From positions 10,940,778-11,004,777 of the forward strand of contig CM119266.1 in NCBI GenBank assembly GCA_051294375.1: a stretch of 64,000 nucleotides of DNA. The letters are read 5' to 3'. Shown here one piece after another: positions 37,268 through 51,144 of the stretch. The stretch comes from Paraspadella gotoi. Its lineage: Eukaryota > Animalia > Chaetognatha. The position numbers and the translations under genes were made by a program. The notes under the pieces are model-generated. The model was not told where the DNA came from and did not search any database. It was given only the letters and a program-made list of their open reading frames with translations. Numbering within the stretch: position 1 is the first letter of the stretch; each line of letters starts with the position of its first letter.

Positions 37268-37385
37268 GGGGGATCGGGAGAGCCGATGGGGCAGGAGTCG
37301 GGGAATGTGAGGGAAAGGATGGGGATCGGGGAGCCGATGGGCCACAGGATCGGGGAATTGTGGGGAAAGCGGTGGGGGATACGGT
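37268..37385 (+). repeat. Two to three degenerate ~55-bp G-rich units; possibly a Pro-rich coding repeat on the minus strand
   Basis: ggggatcgggagagccgatggggcaggagtcggggaatgtgagggaaag / ggggatcggggagccgatgggccacaggatcggggaattgtggggaaag. A minus frame contains PIGSP twice. Confidence 0.65.
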
Positions 37386-37574
37386 CGCGAAGGGTCAGTT
37401 TTATGGCGACCATCGCCAACCGCAAACGGATGTCGATTTTAACAGGAGAGCGAGAAGAGAAGGAGTTAGAGAGAGAGAGGAGAGAGAGACGAGAGAGAGA
37501 GAAGACGAGAGAAGCGAGATGGAGGAGGAAGATGAGAGAGGACGGGGGGTAAGATATGAGGAAAGAGGAATAAA

Positions 37575-37920
37575 GTGAGACTCCTGTGTAGGCAAACCGA
37601 AAGCCCATTGACAAGAACGGTAGGCTTAAAAGGCACGCTCTGCCGTGAGAGCATCGTGGGCCACCGAGGCTTTTGGAATGAGAAATGCCCCACAGAGCGG
37701 GTGTAGTGTCGGGTTCGACGGTGGGGACTAGATGCTCTTTTACTTGGCGGAGCCCGGAGGTCAACTTTGTAGCCGATGGATTCAACCCTGACATTGTCTT
37801 TCTTCCGAGTCCCAGTAGCGATCCAAAAAGGGCGATGGAGCAAGCTGGGAACGGAGCAAATGAGACAGAGAGGTTTGACGATTTATTTAAGCCTTATGCG
37901 GTTGATACGACGATCTTTGG
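37575..37920. other. Non-repetitive coding-like island; strand and frame unresolved
   Basis: Three long frames are open: + ...DGFNPDIVFLPSPSSDPKRAMEQAGNGANETERFDDLFKPYAVD; - PFWIATGTRKKDNVRVESIGYKVDLRAPPSK...; - MSGLNPSATKLTSGLRQVKEHL... Confidence 0.25.
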
Positions 37921-38244
37921 ATTAAATCATAATTATATATTTATATATTTATATATAATTTAATATTATATCTAGCCGTGAAACGACGAATTTATATTAT
38001 ATAAGTTTTAAATAATAATTTAAGCTTAGCGGTGTTCGGGCATGATACGACGATCTATGTGAATTATCTACCAGTAAAAGTTAACTTCTTTCTGTTGGCA
38101 GAAATTATTTATAACTGAAAAAGCGTAAAATCAATGAATACTAGAAAGTCTCAAAAAAAAACGCTTTATTGTCTCTTACATCAACTTGGACCCGGGGAGA
38201 CATTCACCCCGACAGCAACTCGCATTAAAAGCATAATTTCTTTC

Positions 38245-38247
<3 letters not shown>

Positions 38248-38341
<94 letters not shown>

Positions 38342-38350
38342 GTCTCTCTC
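38248..38350 (+). repeat. (TC)n dinucleotide microsatellite, representative of dozens of GA/TC tracts in the window
   Basis: More than 80 nt of uninterrupted TC. Confidence 0.95.
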
Positions 38351-38475
38351 TTTCACTTCGTACTGCGCACATGCGTCATTGACCTCCGTGACCCGTGTTG
38401 TGCGCTCGACCCACGCTGACCCAATAGTCAGAACCCAACTTTGGTTTCCAATGCAACGCGAATCAATCGAACGAA

Positions 38476-38551
<76 letters not shown>

Positions 38552-39059
38552 GCAGAGACGATGAGGAGAGCCGACGTAGGTTATGGCCATCAGAGAAAAA
38601 CACATAACGCGGAAAAAAAAAGCGTTTCCCCCTGGAAACGCACACAATGAAAAAAAAAAAACAGAAAACGAACCGGGAGTCTTTGCTGCGCGAGTCGTTT
38701 TCTTTTTCGGCGACACAATCTTCGCTCACACANNNNNNNNNNNNNNNNNNNNNNNNNCGATTTCACCATTTTTCGGGAAAGGGGTGGGGGGTGTTTTAGG
38801 GGCGGAAAGGGATTATACGAGCGATTGGTGACTGGGACCAAACTGATCTCCAATCCAGTGAGCGGGGCCGACGACCTGAGCACACCCCTTGGCCACGCCC
38901 TTTTCTCTGGAGCGAGACTTTCCTCACGCCGCTCACGGTCCCGACTTACCGAGAGCCTCGCTTTCCTCGATATCCACCGACGAATGTGTCATTTTGAGGT
39001 GCCGGCAAATTTCTCTACGTCTGCTATTCGCTGTCTCTCTTTCTCTCTCTCTCTCTTCT

Positions 39060-39129
<70 letters not shown>

Positions 39130-39211
39130 TCTTCATTCCATCCCTCCGTTAACCCCTTTTTAAACCCCCGTTTCCGCCCGTGCGGCGTACAACTCATTTT
39201 CCACGGGATTA

Positions 39212-39242
<31 letters not shown>

Positions 39243-40923
39243 TCTTACTCTCTCTCTCTCTCTTCTCTCTCTCATCTCTCTCTCTCATCTCTCTTCTTTT
39301 CTCATTCTCGTCTCGTTGCGGACTATGACCTTTGTTCGCTGTCGATGTCACGGAAATCCGTGACGTTGATCGTCGGTGAAGAGACGAAGAAATATTTAAC
39401 CTTTTGTTCTTTAAAAATTGGAGTATGTTGGTCGCAATGTCCACGCCTCAGACTCACAGTGTTTTTAGATGTGAATCTCACGGATCTTCAAATGTAACGG
39501 ATCTTTTGTTTTGACATAACCAATCAGTGATTCACTTAATATAGTCCTTAAAATAACCACCGTGAACTACCAACGCACGCAACTTACCTGACAAAAGACA
39601 ACTTACCTTTACGAAGAAAAAAAACCTTTAAACTTGGGACTCGGGCAAATTATCGACTACAAAGCCGAAGGCCGCTGACCCTCTGCCCCGCTCCTACCGG
39701 CGGGACAACCAGCCATATGGTGGGGCTGGTGGCGGAGAGCAGTGGTGTGCACAGGGGCGAGTCGCTAAATTCTTCGATAAATTCGTGTGGAAAAAAAGGC
39801 AAAAGAAAACAGAAAGAAGATGAGGAAGAAATCGCTATGCCGTTTTCATGGTTTCTTTGTCTATTGTCTGTCTGTCTGTCTGTCTGTCTCTCTCCCTCTC
39901 TCATCTCTCTCTTCTCTCTCTCTCTCTCTACTCTCTCTCCTCTCTCTCTCTCTCTCTCATCTCTCTCTATCTCTCTCTCTCTCTCTCTATTTCGAGTCCG
40001 TTTTCCGAGACAATCGACCAAAATAAACCTTTATAAAAAAACCCTTTTCAATGCGATGAAACCGACTCAACATCTTGAAAAAAGGTTAGGTAAGCAACCC
40101 CCCCCCAACGCCTCCCCCCCTCCAAACCTCGCTTCCGACGCCGGAGAGATTCTCGCGCCGAGTAATTGGTTTCGTTTTCCTCGGACGCAACACCATCTCT
40201 CTCTTTGGTTTTTCGTCGGGGATTTTTTTTTCCTCGACCGAATCCGATTTCGACGGAGTGAGATTATGTGGGCGGTGTGGTCAATGGGCAGTGTGGGCGG
40301 CGTGGGCTATGGGAAGTGTCGGTGTTTGAGGGACGAGTGTGGCAGTATGGTTGGTGTAAGAGTGAAGGCGTTGGGAAGAGTGTTGAATTTAAATTAAATT
40401 AACTAAATCTAGATTTTAATTTCATCGATCGAGAATTACGTTGATTGACTTCATTCCTTGGTGAGAGAAGGATCTGTTTCTCTCTTTCACCTCAATTGAC
40501 GCCCTTTTCCGCCGCCAACCATCTTCGCCCACTCTCTAACCCCCAAAAATTCGCGGCTCCTTAAAGTCGCCAAAAAAAGGGGGCGTGCCCGAGCGGGTGA
40601 TGTATTCTCGAGCGAACCGACCTCTCGCCCGGGTCAGCGAAACAACCATGGCTCAATTAGAGAAAAAAAAAGAGAGAAAAAACCCTTAGGAATGAAAAAA
40701 AAAGAAAGAAAAAATCCGACGTTCCCGCCTAACGACATGCAAATCTCGGCGTGTAATAAGCCGGGCAAACATGCGCACCTCGCCTCTGGTTTTTTTTTCT
40801 CTCTTTGCTCTTCGTTCACCCTTCGAACAGCTGTATTTCGTGAGGACCTCTCTCTATCTCTATCTCTCTGTCTCTGTTTCTCTCTTACAGTCTTACTCTT
40901 TCTCTTCCACAATCCCACTCTCT

Positions 40924-40964
<41 letters not shown>

Positions 40965-41899
40965 CTCGTGCTACTCTCTCTCTCTCTCTCTCTCTTCTCT
41001 CTTTCTCGCTCTTAAAACCTTTTCCCTTCCACCCTTATTTTTTTCCCGTTTTTTTTTCCAAACCTCAACTCTAAATGCTATAATTAATTTCATAAGTGAA
41101 CGCGGCTCGCGCCAAGTTTTGAACCCGCGACCCTGGCGACCGCGTCCGCTCGGACCACGTGGCGTGAGGCCGCGCAGGGATAGACAGATGGAAGATTGTA
41201 ATGGCCGTGTGCGCGAAATCTGTCTCGACTAAGAGAGAGAGGATGGGGAACGATGAGAGGATGAGAGAAGAAGAAGGGGCCGTGGAAGCCTGCTCGAGAG
41301 CGTGATGAAGGATTCCACTCGCGGGTTCAAGATGAGACGGTTTTGTTTCCGGCGAGGGGCGAGGAATGGCATGAGTGGGCGGCGAAAGGAGAAGAGAGAG
41401 AAGAGAGAGATGGACCAGACGCAGTTGGAGAATTTTACAGATGGGAACCTAGCAGCATCTGGACGTCGAGTGATGATGGACTGAACCACCAAAAGGGTGG
41501 TTGGCCGACCAAGCTACCGACGCGCCGACGTTCTGTGTAACCGCACGAAGTCCTCAGATGACACGCCTTGTCTCGAGGGATGACGAGGCCGGTGAATTAC
41601 GGATTATGGAGCGTGCCAAAGTAGGCGCGGTAATGCGCGTGCGCGGAGGGCGTGGCCGCGTGGCGGCGTGGGCGTTATTGTCACGGTGACACCGGCGTAA
41701 GAGAGAGCATATGTTTAAGGAATNNNNNNNNNNNNNNNNNNNNNNNNNNNNNNNNNNNNNNNNNNNNNNNNNNNNNNNNNNNNNNNNNNNNNNNNNNNNN
41801 NNNNNNNNNNNNNNNNNNNNNNNNNNNNNNNNNNNNNNNNNNNNNNNNNNNNNNNNNNNNNNNNNNNNNNNNNNNNNNNNNNNNNNNNNNNNNNNNNNN

Positions 41900-41934
<35 letters not shown>

Positions 41935-42513
41935 ATATTATATGTATAAATGTATATATGTATAAAGAATCAAAATAATGGTGAAGTTCCGAGGGAGACC
42001 TTTAATAGTAAAGCGAAATGACTGAGCTTAACTCTTCTAACAAGTAACATACAGACTTAGAGACGCGCACAAACGACAGAGAGCGATAACTATTACTAGA
42101 GTTTTTTTTCACGCTGGACTTGAGGCTCGAGAGAACCAGTAGGTAGGAATGAAAATAATTATAGATGGTCCGACGAACGAGAGAGAGANNNNNNNNNNNN
42201 NNNNNNNNNNNNNNNNNNNNNNNNNNNNNNNNNNNNNNNNNNNNNNNNNNNNNNNNNNNNNNNNNNNNNNNNNNNNNNNNNNNNNNNNNNNNNNNNNNNN
42301 NNNNNNNNNNNNNNNNNNNNNNNNNNNNNNNNNNNNNNNNNNNNNNNNNNNNNNNNNNNNNNNNNNNNNNNNNNNNNNNNNNNNNNNNNNNNNNNNNNNN
42401 NNNAGAGAGAGAGACGTTCAATGGAATCTCACACAATGAGCTCCGCTGATTAACGGAGACGGAAGGGAAGAACCCAGGAAGGTGGAAGGAAAGCAACAGA
42501 GGAATGAAGAAGT

Positions 42514-42626
42514 GAACGAAAGAATGAAGGAACGAAGGAACGAAGGAACAAAAGAACAAAAGAACGAAGGAATGAAGGAACGAAAGAACGAAAGAACGAA
42601 AGAACGAAAGAACGAAGGAACGAAGG
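42514..42626 (+). repeat. 8-bp tandem repeat GAACGAA(A/G)
   Basis: gaacgaaa gaatgaag gaacgaag gaacgaag gaacaaaa ... gaacgaaa gaacgaaa, about 14 units. Confidence 0.9.
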
Positions 42627-43327
42627 GACCAACCTTCTATAATCAAAAATCATAATCTTGATTAGAAAAAAAAAATTGCGGCGCATAATAGAACAAAATT
42701 ACGTATTCAACTTCTAGATTGCGAAACTCATTTCCGGTTCCGTCGATCGGCGCCGACGATCCCGGCCGCCGGGATGAGAAAGAAAAAACCTTGAAATCCG
42801 GCAACACCGGCAGCACAGCGCTACCGGCATCCCTATCGCTGCCGACGCAGCCGNNNNNNNNNNNNNNNNNNNNNNNNNNNNNNNNNNNNNNNNNNNNNNN
42901 NNNNNNNNNNNNNNNNNNNNNNNNNNNNNNNNNNNNNNNNNNNNNNNNNNNNNNNNNNNNNNNNNNNNNNNNNNNNNNNNNNNNNNNNNNNNNNNNNNNN
43001 NNNNNNNNNNNNNNNNNNNNNNNNNNNNNNNNNNNNNNNNNNNNNNNNNNNNNNNNNNNNNNNNNNNNNNNNNNNNNNNNNNNNNNNNNNNNNNNNNNNN
43101 NNNNNNNNNNNNNNNNNNNNNNNNACGCGTTCCTTCGAAAGGAGAAGAGTGAAAAATTAACCTCTCGGACTTTTGGATGGAGAGAGGGGCAGCGGAGCAG
43201 CGGGGACTGCGGAGGCAACGGCGGGTGCAGCGGCAGGTGCGGCGGGGCTTCGTCGCTTTTTTCGATCAGTTCGTTGCTTTGACCGTGAGAGCGAATTAGT
43301 TTTAGAGAACTGACGAACGGGTGAAAG

Positions 43328-43369
43328 GTGTTTAACGAGCAAACGTGTTTAACGAGCAAACGCGTTTAA
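43328..43369 (+). repeat. 17-bp tandem repeat GTGTTTAACGAGCAAAC x2.5
   Basis: gtgtttaacgagcaaac gtgtttaacgagcaaac gcgtttaa. Confidence 0.85.
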
Positions 43370-44223
43370 TGATGGAATATTTGTCGCGAAAGCGAAACAA
43401 GGCGTTTGTACTTTAATGCCCCAACTGTCAAATTTCCGAGAAATGTTTCAGTATCTTAAAATCCTGTATAAAACTCAATGGGGCAAAATAATATATATAT
43501 ATTTTTTTAATTTGAAGCTATACTTCCCAGGACGGAATGCATTTTTTAATTAAAGGGAACTAAAAGGAGCGACTCGCTTCTCACGCTAAATTCTCTGAAT
43601 GACCCTCCCCTCAGCCCCGCTCGAACATAAGAACCCGCCAGGCCGACAATTCTGTCGGCTTAAACGACGCGTCTCGAAGGTGAATTAAAACTCACCGGAA
43701 ACGGTCGTTATGACCCGAGTCGATGGGGCAGGCGAGCGTCTTTTAGCCTCGTTCTCGTCGTCACCGGCGAAAGCGGGTCGTACCCCTTATTGCCCCCACG
43801 TGCAATGCCCCCCCCCATTTTTTTTTCGATTTTATTTCTTTGCGATTACACTTCGCTGACCGTTAAGGCGGAATAGGTTACAAACTAACAGAAGTCCGGT
43901 ATAAATATTGTTAANNNNNNNNNNNNNNNNNNNNNNNNNNNNNNNNNNNNNNNNNNNNNNNNNNNNNNNNNNNNNNNNNNNNNNNNNNNNNNNNNNNNNN
44001 NNNNNNNNNNNNNNNNNNNNNNNNNNNNNNNNNNNNNNNNNNNNNNNNNNNNNNNNNNNNNNNNNNNNNNNNNNNNNNNNNNNNNNNNNNNNNNNNNNNN
44101 NNNNNNNNNNNNNNNNNNNNNNNNNNNNNNNNNNNNNNNNNNNNNNNNNNNNNNNNNNNNNNNNNNNNNNNNNNNNNNNNNNNNNNNNNNNNNNNNNNNT
44201 TTTTATCGGATTCTGCTAGAGCT

Positions 44224-44317
44224 TGAAAGGTTATTATTACAATTTTTTTTAAATTTTTAATACTANNNNNNNNNNTGAAAGGTTATTATTAAAATTTTTT
44301 TAAAATTTTTAATACTA
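44224..44317 (+). other. Unmerged contig overlap: ~42 bp duplicated on both sides of a 10-N gap
   Basis: tgaaaggttattattacaatttt...aatacta N10 tgaaaggttattattaaaatttt...aatacta; the copies differ by about two bases. Confidence 0.8.
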
Positions 44318-45266
44318 ACCTTTATCTAACTTTTTAATCTTTATCAGAATCCATTTTTAAAAATTAAAATTTACAAAAATTTTTTTAAGCATTTCTTATC
44401 TATTGTTAAATATTAAAATGCTTCAATGCGTGAGTAAAATGTATTTAATCAAAATCTAACATCATAAGTCAATTCGGTTGTAAAAGGACAAAATATTTTA
44501 ATTGCAGACTATTTCAAATTGTAAAAAAATGTTAAATTCTGACCCGCCTTACTGACCAATCTGTACGTCCTTCATCTGTACGTCCATCTGTACATCCTTC
44601 GTCTCTTCCGCTTCCTCCTTTTTAGATCTTTCGTCCTCTGTATTTGTTTTATTCTTTTTTCTTTCCTTCTTTTTTTTCTCTTTCCACTCATTCTACCTCC
44701 CCTGTTCTCCCTCCCTCTTTCCTACCTCCCTCCGCCCCAATTCCCCCCCCCCTTCGCTCTTTGACGAGTCACGTGACCCCCGATGGTGAGTAACGAGACA
44801 AAGAGAGAAGACGCTAATTACAAAACCTATGAGACAAAAAAAAAGAGAGGAGGAAAGGGCGAGAAGGAAAAGAAAAGAAAAGAGAGAGAAAAAAAGAAAG
44901 AAAGGAAAGAGATGTGACCTTACTCTTCCCGACGCCGACTTTTTTCAAGGTTCGTGTTTTTCTCGTTTCATTGCGACGAAAAAAGAAAGTGAAAGACTCG
45001 AGTAGAATGTTTGCAGTTTGACGAAAGACTGGCCGAAGGAAGGAAAAAAATGAAGGGCACACTGAGGGAGACGAACATTTACGTAGAATAGGGACTCAGT
45101 TCAACTAATTATATAAAATCACGCCCAAAACTCACTTATTCACCACTCACTCATTCGCAATATATACTCTGTATTCACACAAGCGCGCGCACACACACTC
45201 ATACTCTCACACTCTCACTCCAAGTCGAAAGCACGCAATTTTGCGCACAGGAAAAAAATAGGAAGC

Positions 45267-45423
<157 letters not shown>

Positions 45424-45942
45424 CCCTGTAAGCGTTGATAGAAGGATCGATCGCTTTTCTGTCTCCGCCTTCAAGTTTCACACAAGGCTTTTTTTTTCTC
45501 TCTCTCTTTTTCCCGCGCAAAAAAAGAAGTTCTTTTCTCTTCCCTTCCAAAAATCTCTGTGGCGACAGCGTCCGTTGCCAAGGTTACAGCCGGCGTCTGC
45601 GTTTGGTCCGGCCGACACCCATCGGCCGACATCATGAGACCTTGTCGATGACGGCCAGTATCCATAAAGTTTTCGCCGTGCTCAATACGTGTCCAGAGTG
45701 AATGTTGACATGGCTTGACTTGATCCGAAAATTAGCCAAGGCATATACCTTGATTTTTAAGTAAAATGATGAATTGAATTTTAATATTCTCTTTATGGGT
45801 CAAAAAAGGTATCATTATTGAATGTAACATTGTACTATTTGAACATCATCTTCTGATAAAGGTTCAAGATTTCGTCACCTCCGTCGTGAGTCGTCATCTT
45901 CGTCTTGGTCTCAGATTTGGCAAACCGTGTTCGCGCGCTCTC

Positions 45943-46001
<59 letters not shown>

Positions 46002-47382
46002 CTCTACAAGGAGCCTCATTCGTCCTAATTTAGTCTGAAAAAGAAGAAGAAAAAAAAAATCGCCCCGAGATAATGTTACAAGTTGATGAAACGAAGAGCG
46101 GCCGCCCCGCCGCCCTCCATCGTCGTCGGCGGCGCCTCCGGGATTCCCTCCCTTCCTTCACCCTCTCTCTCTCTCCCTCCGTCTTTTTCGTCATCTCCTT
46201 CCTCTTTTGGTTCCTCCTCTCCCTCTCTCTCTTCTTTTCCCTTCTTTCTTTTCCTCCCTTCCTCCCTTGGGCAGACTTGGCTCCGCTGCGACTGAAGGNN
46301 NNNNNNNNTGGAGGAAAAAAAAAATGGATTCTTAAAATGTTAAATGGAAGACCCACACTTCAACCAATGGTTCATAGAATTTTTTAAAATTATTTTTCCA
46401 GCATGATAGAATTGGCTGAAAAATATATTGCCACTTTAAATATCTTTTACATACTTTGTTATTTTGATTGATAAAGAAAATTATTGTAAGAGAGTGAAAA
46501 GCAAAATTAAGAGAAACTTTAGGAGAGAGAGAGAAAAAGAGCCTGAGCGGTATTTTCGCGAGTCTTTCACACCCTAGACCCGCGACGATCGCCCGTCGGT
46601 AGAGAAAGGAAGAGGATCTCGCTCATTTTTCGAGAGTCACCGACGCGGATGACCTCCGACCTTCGACCGGCGATAAGAGAGAGACAGCGGACAGAGAGTG
46701 AAGCCTTTTGGTCATCTCGCGGCTCGATCGATTGTCGACCAACCCCATGAAAGAGAGAATAGGGAGAAAGAAAAGAAGAAGAGGTAGAAGATGGAGGCAA
46801 GTTAAGGGGCGGAGCGCGAATTTCAAATCTTCTCCGACCCGCACAAAAGACGCCGTCGACCGGCGTGAAATGGAGCACGGAAGGAGGAGGAAAGGAAGAG
46901 GAGGAGGATGAGGAGGATGAGGAGGCGAAATGAGCGAAGCGATCCGGGACGCCAAAAGTGGAGAAAATGTTTTTCGTGGCGAGAAACGGAGTGGGGGGGT
47001 GGCAGGGGGGCAGGAGGTGGAGAGTAGCGGTGGTTTCAGTTTTGGAGGGAATGCGCCTCCTGAGACGTAGTGTGCAAATAGCGAAGATTGTGGTTTGTCG
47101 GATATTAAGAGAATATTCGGAAAGAACGCGACAGGCTCTGTAGTCTCGTACTTGTGAGGAAAAGTTTTAGAATCCGAGACTGGGGAGTATTTTGCGGAGA
47201 AGAAAGAATAAGTGCCGACACTCGGGAAAAAAAAAGTTGGGAAACAAGGGCAAAGGGGAGATAGGAAGGAGAGGAGAGAGAAGGCACACCAGGGGAGGGA
47301 GGGGAGGACAGTGGAGCGGAAGAAGAGCCGAACTGAATCGCGCATAATTAAGTCCAGTTAATCAGAGGAACTAAAAGGAAAG

Positions 47383-47445
<63 letters not shown>

Positions 47446-47622
47446 AAAAAGAAAAGAAGAACATCGAAGAAAAAGATAAACAAAAGGAAAAGAAGAATCA
47501 AAAATAAATAAATAAGTCAAAAAAAATTGCATTATCCAGAAACGTTACTGGAAACGACAGAAGAAGGAGTAGAGGAATAGACGGAGAGAAGAGAAGAGAG
47601 AAGAGAGAGAGAGGAGAGAGAA

Positions 47623-47689
<67 letters not shown>

Positions 47690-48030
47690 AGAGGGAAATT
47701 GATAAATGGAAAAACGTTTTCCTTATACGCCGCAGGCGGCGGTTATTCTTTCGCTCTCTTTCTCTTTTCTCTCTCTCTCTCTCTCCTCTTTCCTCTCTCC
47801 GCTTTCCCCCCTCTATATCCTCTCTTCTCTTAACTTCTTTTTCTGCGCTACGACATCTTCATAAGGAGAATCGAGAAAAAGCTGAGTTCAAACCTTTTAA
47901 AGAATGAGTTTAATTGAAGGAAAGCTGGAGAGGGAGGCAGGAGAGGAAGAGGAAAAAGGAGGGAGGAAAGGAAAAGGAAGGAAAATGACAGAGGCAGAGT
48001 TTGAACAGAACAAGGGGCTGGCAGGAGATG

Positions 48031-48062
<32 letters not shown>

Positions 48063-48228
48063 AGAGAGACGGGAGGGAATTTCAACATTAATTGCTATCA
48101 ACATGTAATCCGCTTACTCAAATTATTTGAAATTGATAGGTAATTTTACTAATATATTGGTTTAACTCAAATAAGGTATTACGAACCGGCGTCGAGAGTA
48201 GAGACGCAGAGAGAGAGAGAGAGAGAAG

Positions 48229-48273
<45 letters not shown>

Positions 48274-49235
48274 AAGAGAAGAGAGAGACTGTGTTTTCTT
48301 CGGCTCAGCGTCCTGCCTCTCTCTATGAAACGCGCTCTCTACAGCGAGAGAGAAGCGAGAGAGCGAGCGGATAAAGACGAAGAATCTAAAAAGACAGAGA
48401 CGAGCAAGAGGAGTGATTGGAGAGAAGAGGAGGAAAAATCAAAGGAAGAAAAAAAAGGTTGGGAAGGGGTTAATTTGAGTGAGATTCCTCTCAGACATTG
48501 AATGGTGATTAGTTTGGGCCGGGGCAAGAGAGGGAATATCGAGGAGAACCAGAAACTGATTTCCTTTAAACTCTTTAATTGCGGAGCAGGGGGGGGAATG
48601 AGGGCTCGTCCGTACTTGGACAGTCCGCGGATCGTAGCCTTTGTCCGTTCGGATATAAGGACGGGATTCGATTTGGCGGACTGAGGAGGGAACTTTTTAA
48701 ACTTAATTCTACGAGATGAATAAAATATATTCCTTATTTTTTTTAAATCCAGTTAATAACTGAATGGATGTATTTGCACCTAATAAATTGAACTTTCTGA
48801 TAAGGATTATCACTTCTATCACACTCTCAACTATGACTTTATTGCGAACCTTTGACGCGCACGGCTCGACACCCAAAGGGCCCGAGAAAGAAGAAATTAA
48901 AATAAAGAAAAGCAAGAAAAAAGCAAAAAAAAAAAATACAGGGAATAAATAAAGAAAAAAACACAAAAAGGGAAAAAAAATGTGAATAAAAAAGAAGTCG
49001 CAGTACGAGGAAAGAACTCATTCCATCATCGGCACGACTTTCGTCAGTATTTGATGCTGAGAAGTTGATGTTCGTGTCGTCGTCCGTCGTCGTTGTCGTC
49101 GTCGTCGGTCGTCTTCCGAGACGCCGGAAGTGAAAAGCAGAAATGAATAATGGAGAGAAAATCTGGAAGAAAGATGGCGCAATCATCAACGTCACTGAAT
49201 CGGTGAGAAAGCCGGTGAAGAGAAGCGGTAAAAGT

Positions 49236-49283
<48 letters not shown>

Positions 49284-50149
49284 AGAGAGAGAGAGAAGAG
49301 AGAGAGGAGAGAGAGAGAGAGAATAGAGAGAGAAGAGAGAGAGAGAGAAGAAGGAAAACCGTCAAGCGACATCTTCGAGGAAAAGGTAGAAGAGATAAAT
49401 TTTGAGGGGGGTAGAAATTGGCATGAATGCTTGAACAATGATTTCAATGAAATGATGATGACTGAATTGAATGAATGAATAATGAATGAAAGGAATGATG
49501 AATGAATGAACATATGAATCCTTTCTTTTAATTTTCAGTTCATTGAAAAACTTTTTCAGATAAAGTCACAAATACAACAATTGACGACGATCCATGGGAC
49601 GAGCAATCCTTCTTTCGGTCCAATCGCAAAAAACATTGAGAGCAGAGTGAGCCTTGTTCACAGGTCTCACGGTCTCACAAAAAAGTCTTATGGTTATTAG
49701 ATCAATTGCTCATATAAACACGAACATTTAACTTCAACGGATAGAATCACAGCTCAAGCAAATAAATGCCTCGAGGTCCCGCGGGGTCTTTCACAGCCTT
49801 TCACAGCTTCACAAATCGTCGTAAAATCAAGCCTCGCACTCACGGGGCACGCGATTGCATCTCCGAGGTGATGAGGAAGAAAGGCAATAATTGTCAACAC
49901 CTGTTTGCATCACCCTTAACTCCCAACCGAAGAAACTTCCTTCTCACCAAAAGGCGACTCCTTTAACTTTCCCCCTCTCCCTCGGCAACCACCACAATGA
50001 GATGCTTTAGACCATATTTGGGATAAAAAGGTGTCGACCGGAAATGGCATCGGGATGGCGTCGGATGGACGCGATGGCATGAGATGGAACCGACGACAGG
50101 AGGAATTAGTTAATGACTCTGAGAAAAAGCGGTTGAGATGAGAGCGGGA

Positions 50150-50305
50150 ATAGATGAGATGAAGATGAGATAGAATGAGAATGAGATGAGATGGAGAATG
50201 AGATGAGATGAGATTACATTAGATTAGATTAGATTAGATTAGATTACGATTAGATTAGAATTAGATTAGTATTAGATGAGATACAGATTGAGGATGAGTT
50301 GAGAA
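50150..50305 (+). repeat. Compound pentanucleotide microsatellite (GATGA)n-(GATTA)n-(GATGA)n
   Basis: gatgagatgagatgag...attagattagattagattag...gatgag. Confidence 0.85.
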
Positions 50306-51051
50306 TGAACATAGATCAGAGCAAAAGAGCCTCAGAAGACTTAGCTATATGACCATTCAAAAATTAGCTTATTCATTGAACATTAACTTATACAATTAAA
50401 CTTTCGCTCTCGACTTTTCTACCACAGATACGATAAACCGACACGAATCAGATTTGCGCCCTTCCCATCTTAAAAATCCTGACTTTCGGAAATTAGTATA
50501 AGTTAATGATTAAGCTAATGCGTTTTTGCTCCGTCTCTTTAATGACTAAAACGTGAAAAGAATGAATTAGCAAGGCAACAGGAAAGGCGGTGAAAAAGCG
50601 TTGGGGAGAAGCGGTCGTTGCGTGCGTCCGTCGTTGTCGTCGTCGTCGTCGTCGTACGTCGTCGTCGTTTCATCATCTTCACGCGAGAGACGAAGATATA
50701 GTGAATTAAATGCGCGGAAAAATATTCGCGCCGATAATGCGCCAACGAGACATCTCCTCTGCTCTCGTCTCTCTCTCATCTCTCTCTCACTTGCGTCCGT
50801 TCTCTCTTCTCTCCTGCTCCTCTCCTCTCCTCATCTCTCATCTCTCTACAACTCTCTACAAAGACATAAATAGATCAAAATTCTCTCATTAATAATGTCT
50901 CTTCTAACTCTCATGTTAATCATTAACACCAGAACTATACTACCCAGTTCTCACACACGAAAAAAAATTTTAAAAGGGGGCTTTTCACCGCCACGATTCA
51001 TACGCTCTTCCTACTGCCTCTCTTTTCGATAACTCGGTTAATCTGTCTCGT

Positions 51052-51144
<93 letters not shown>

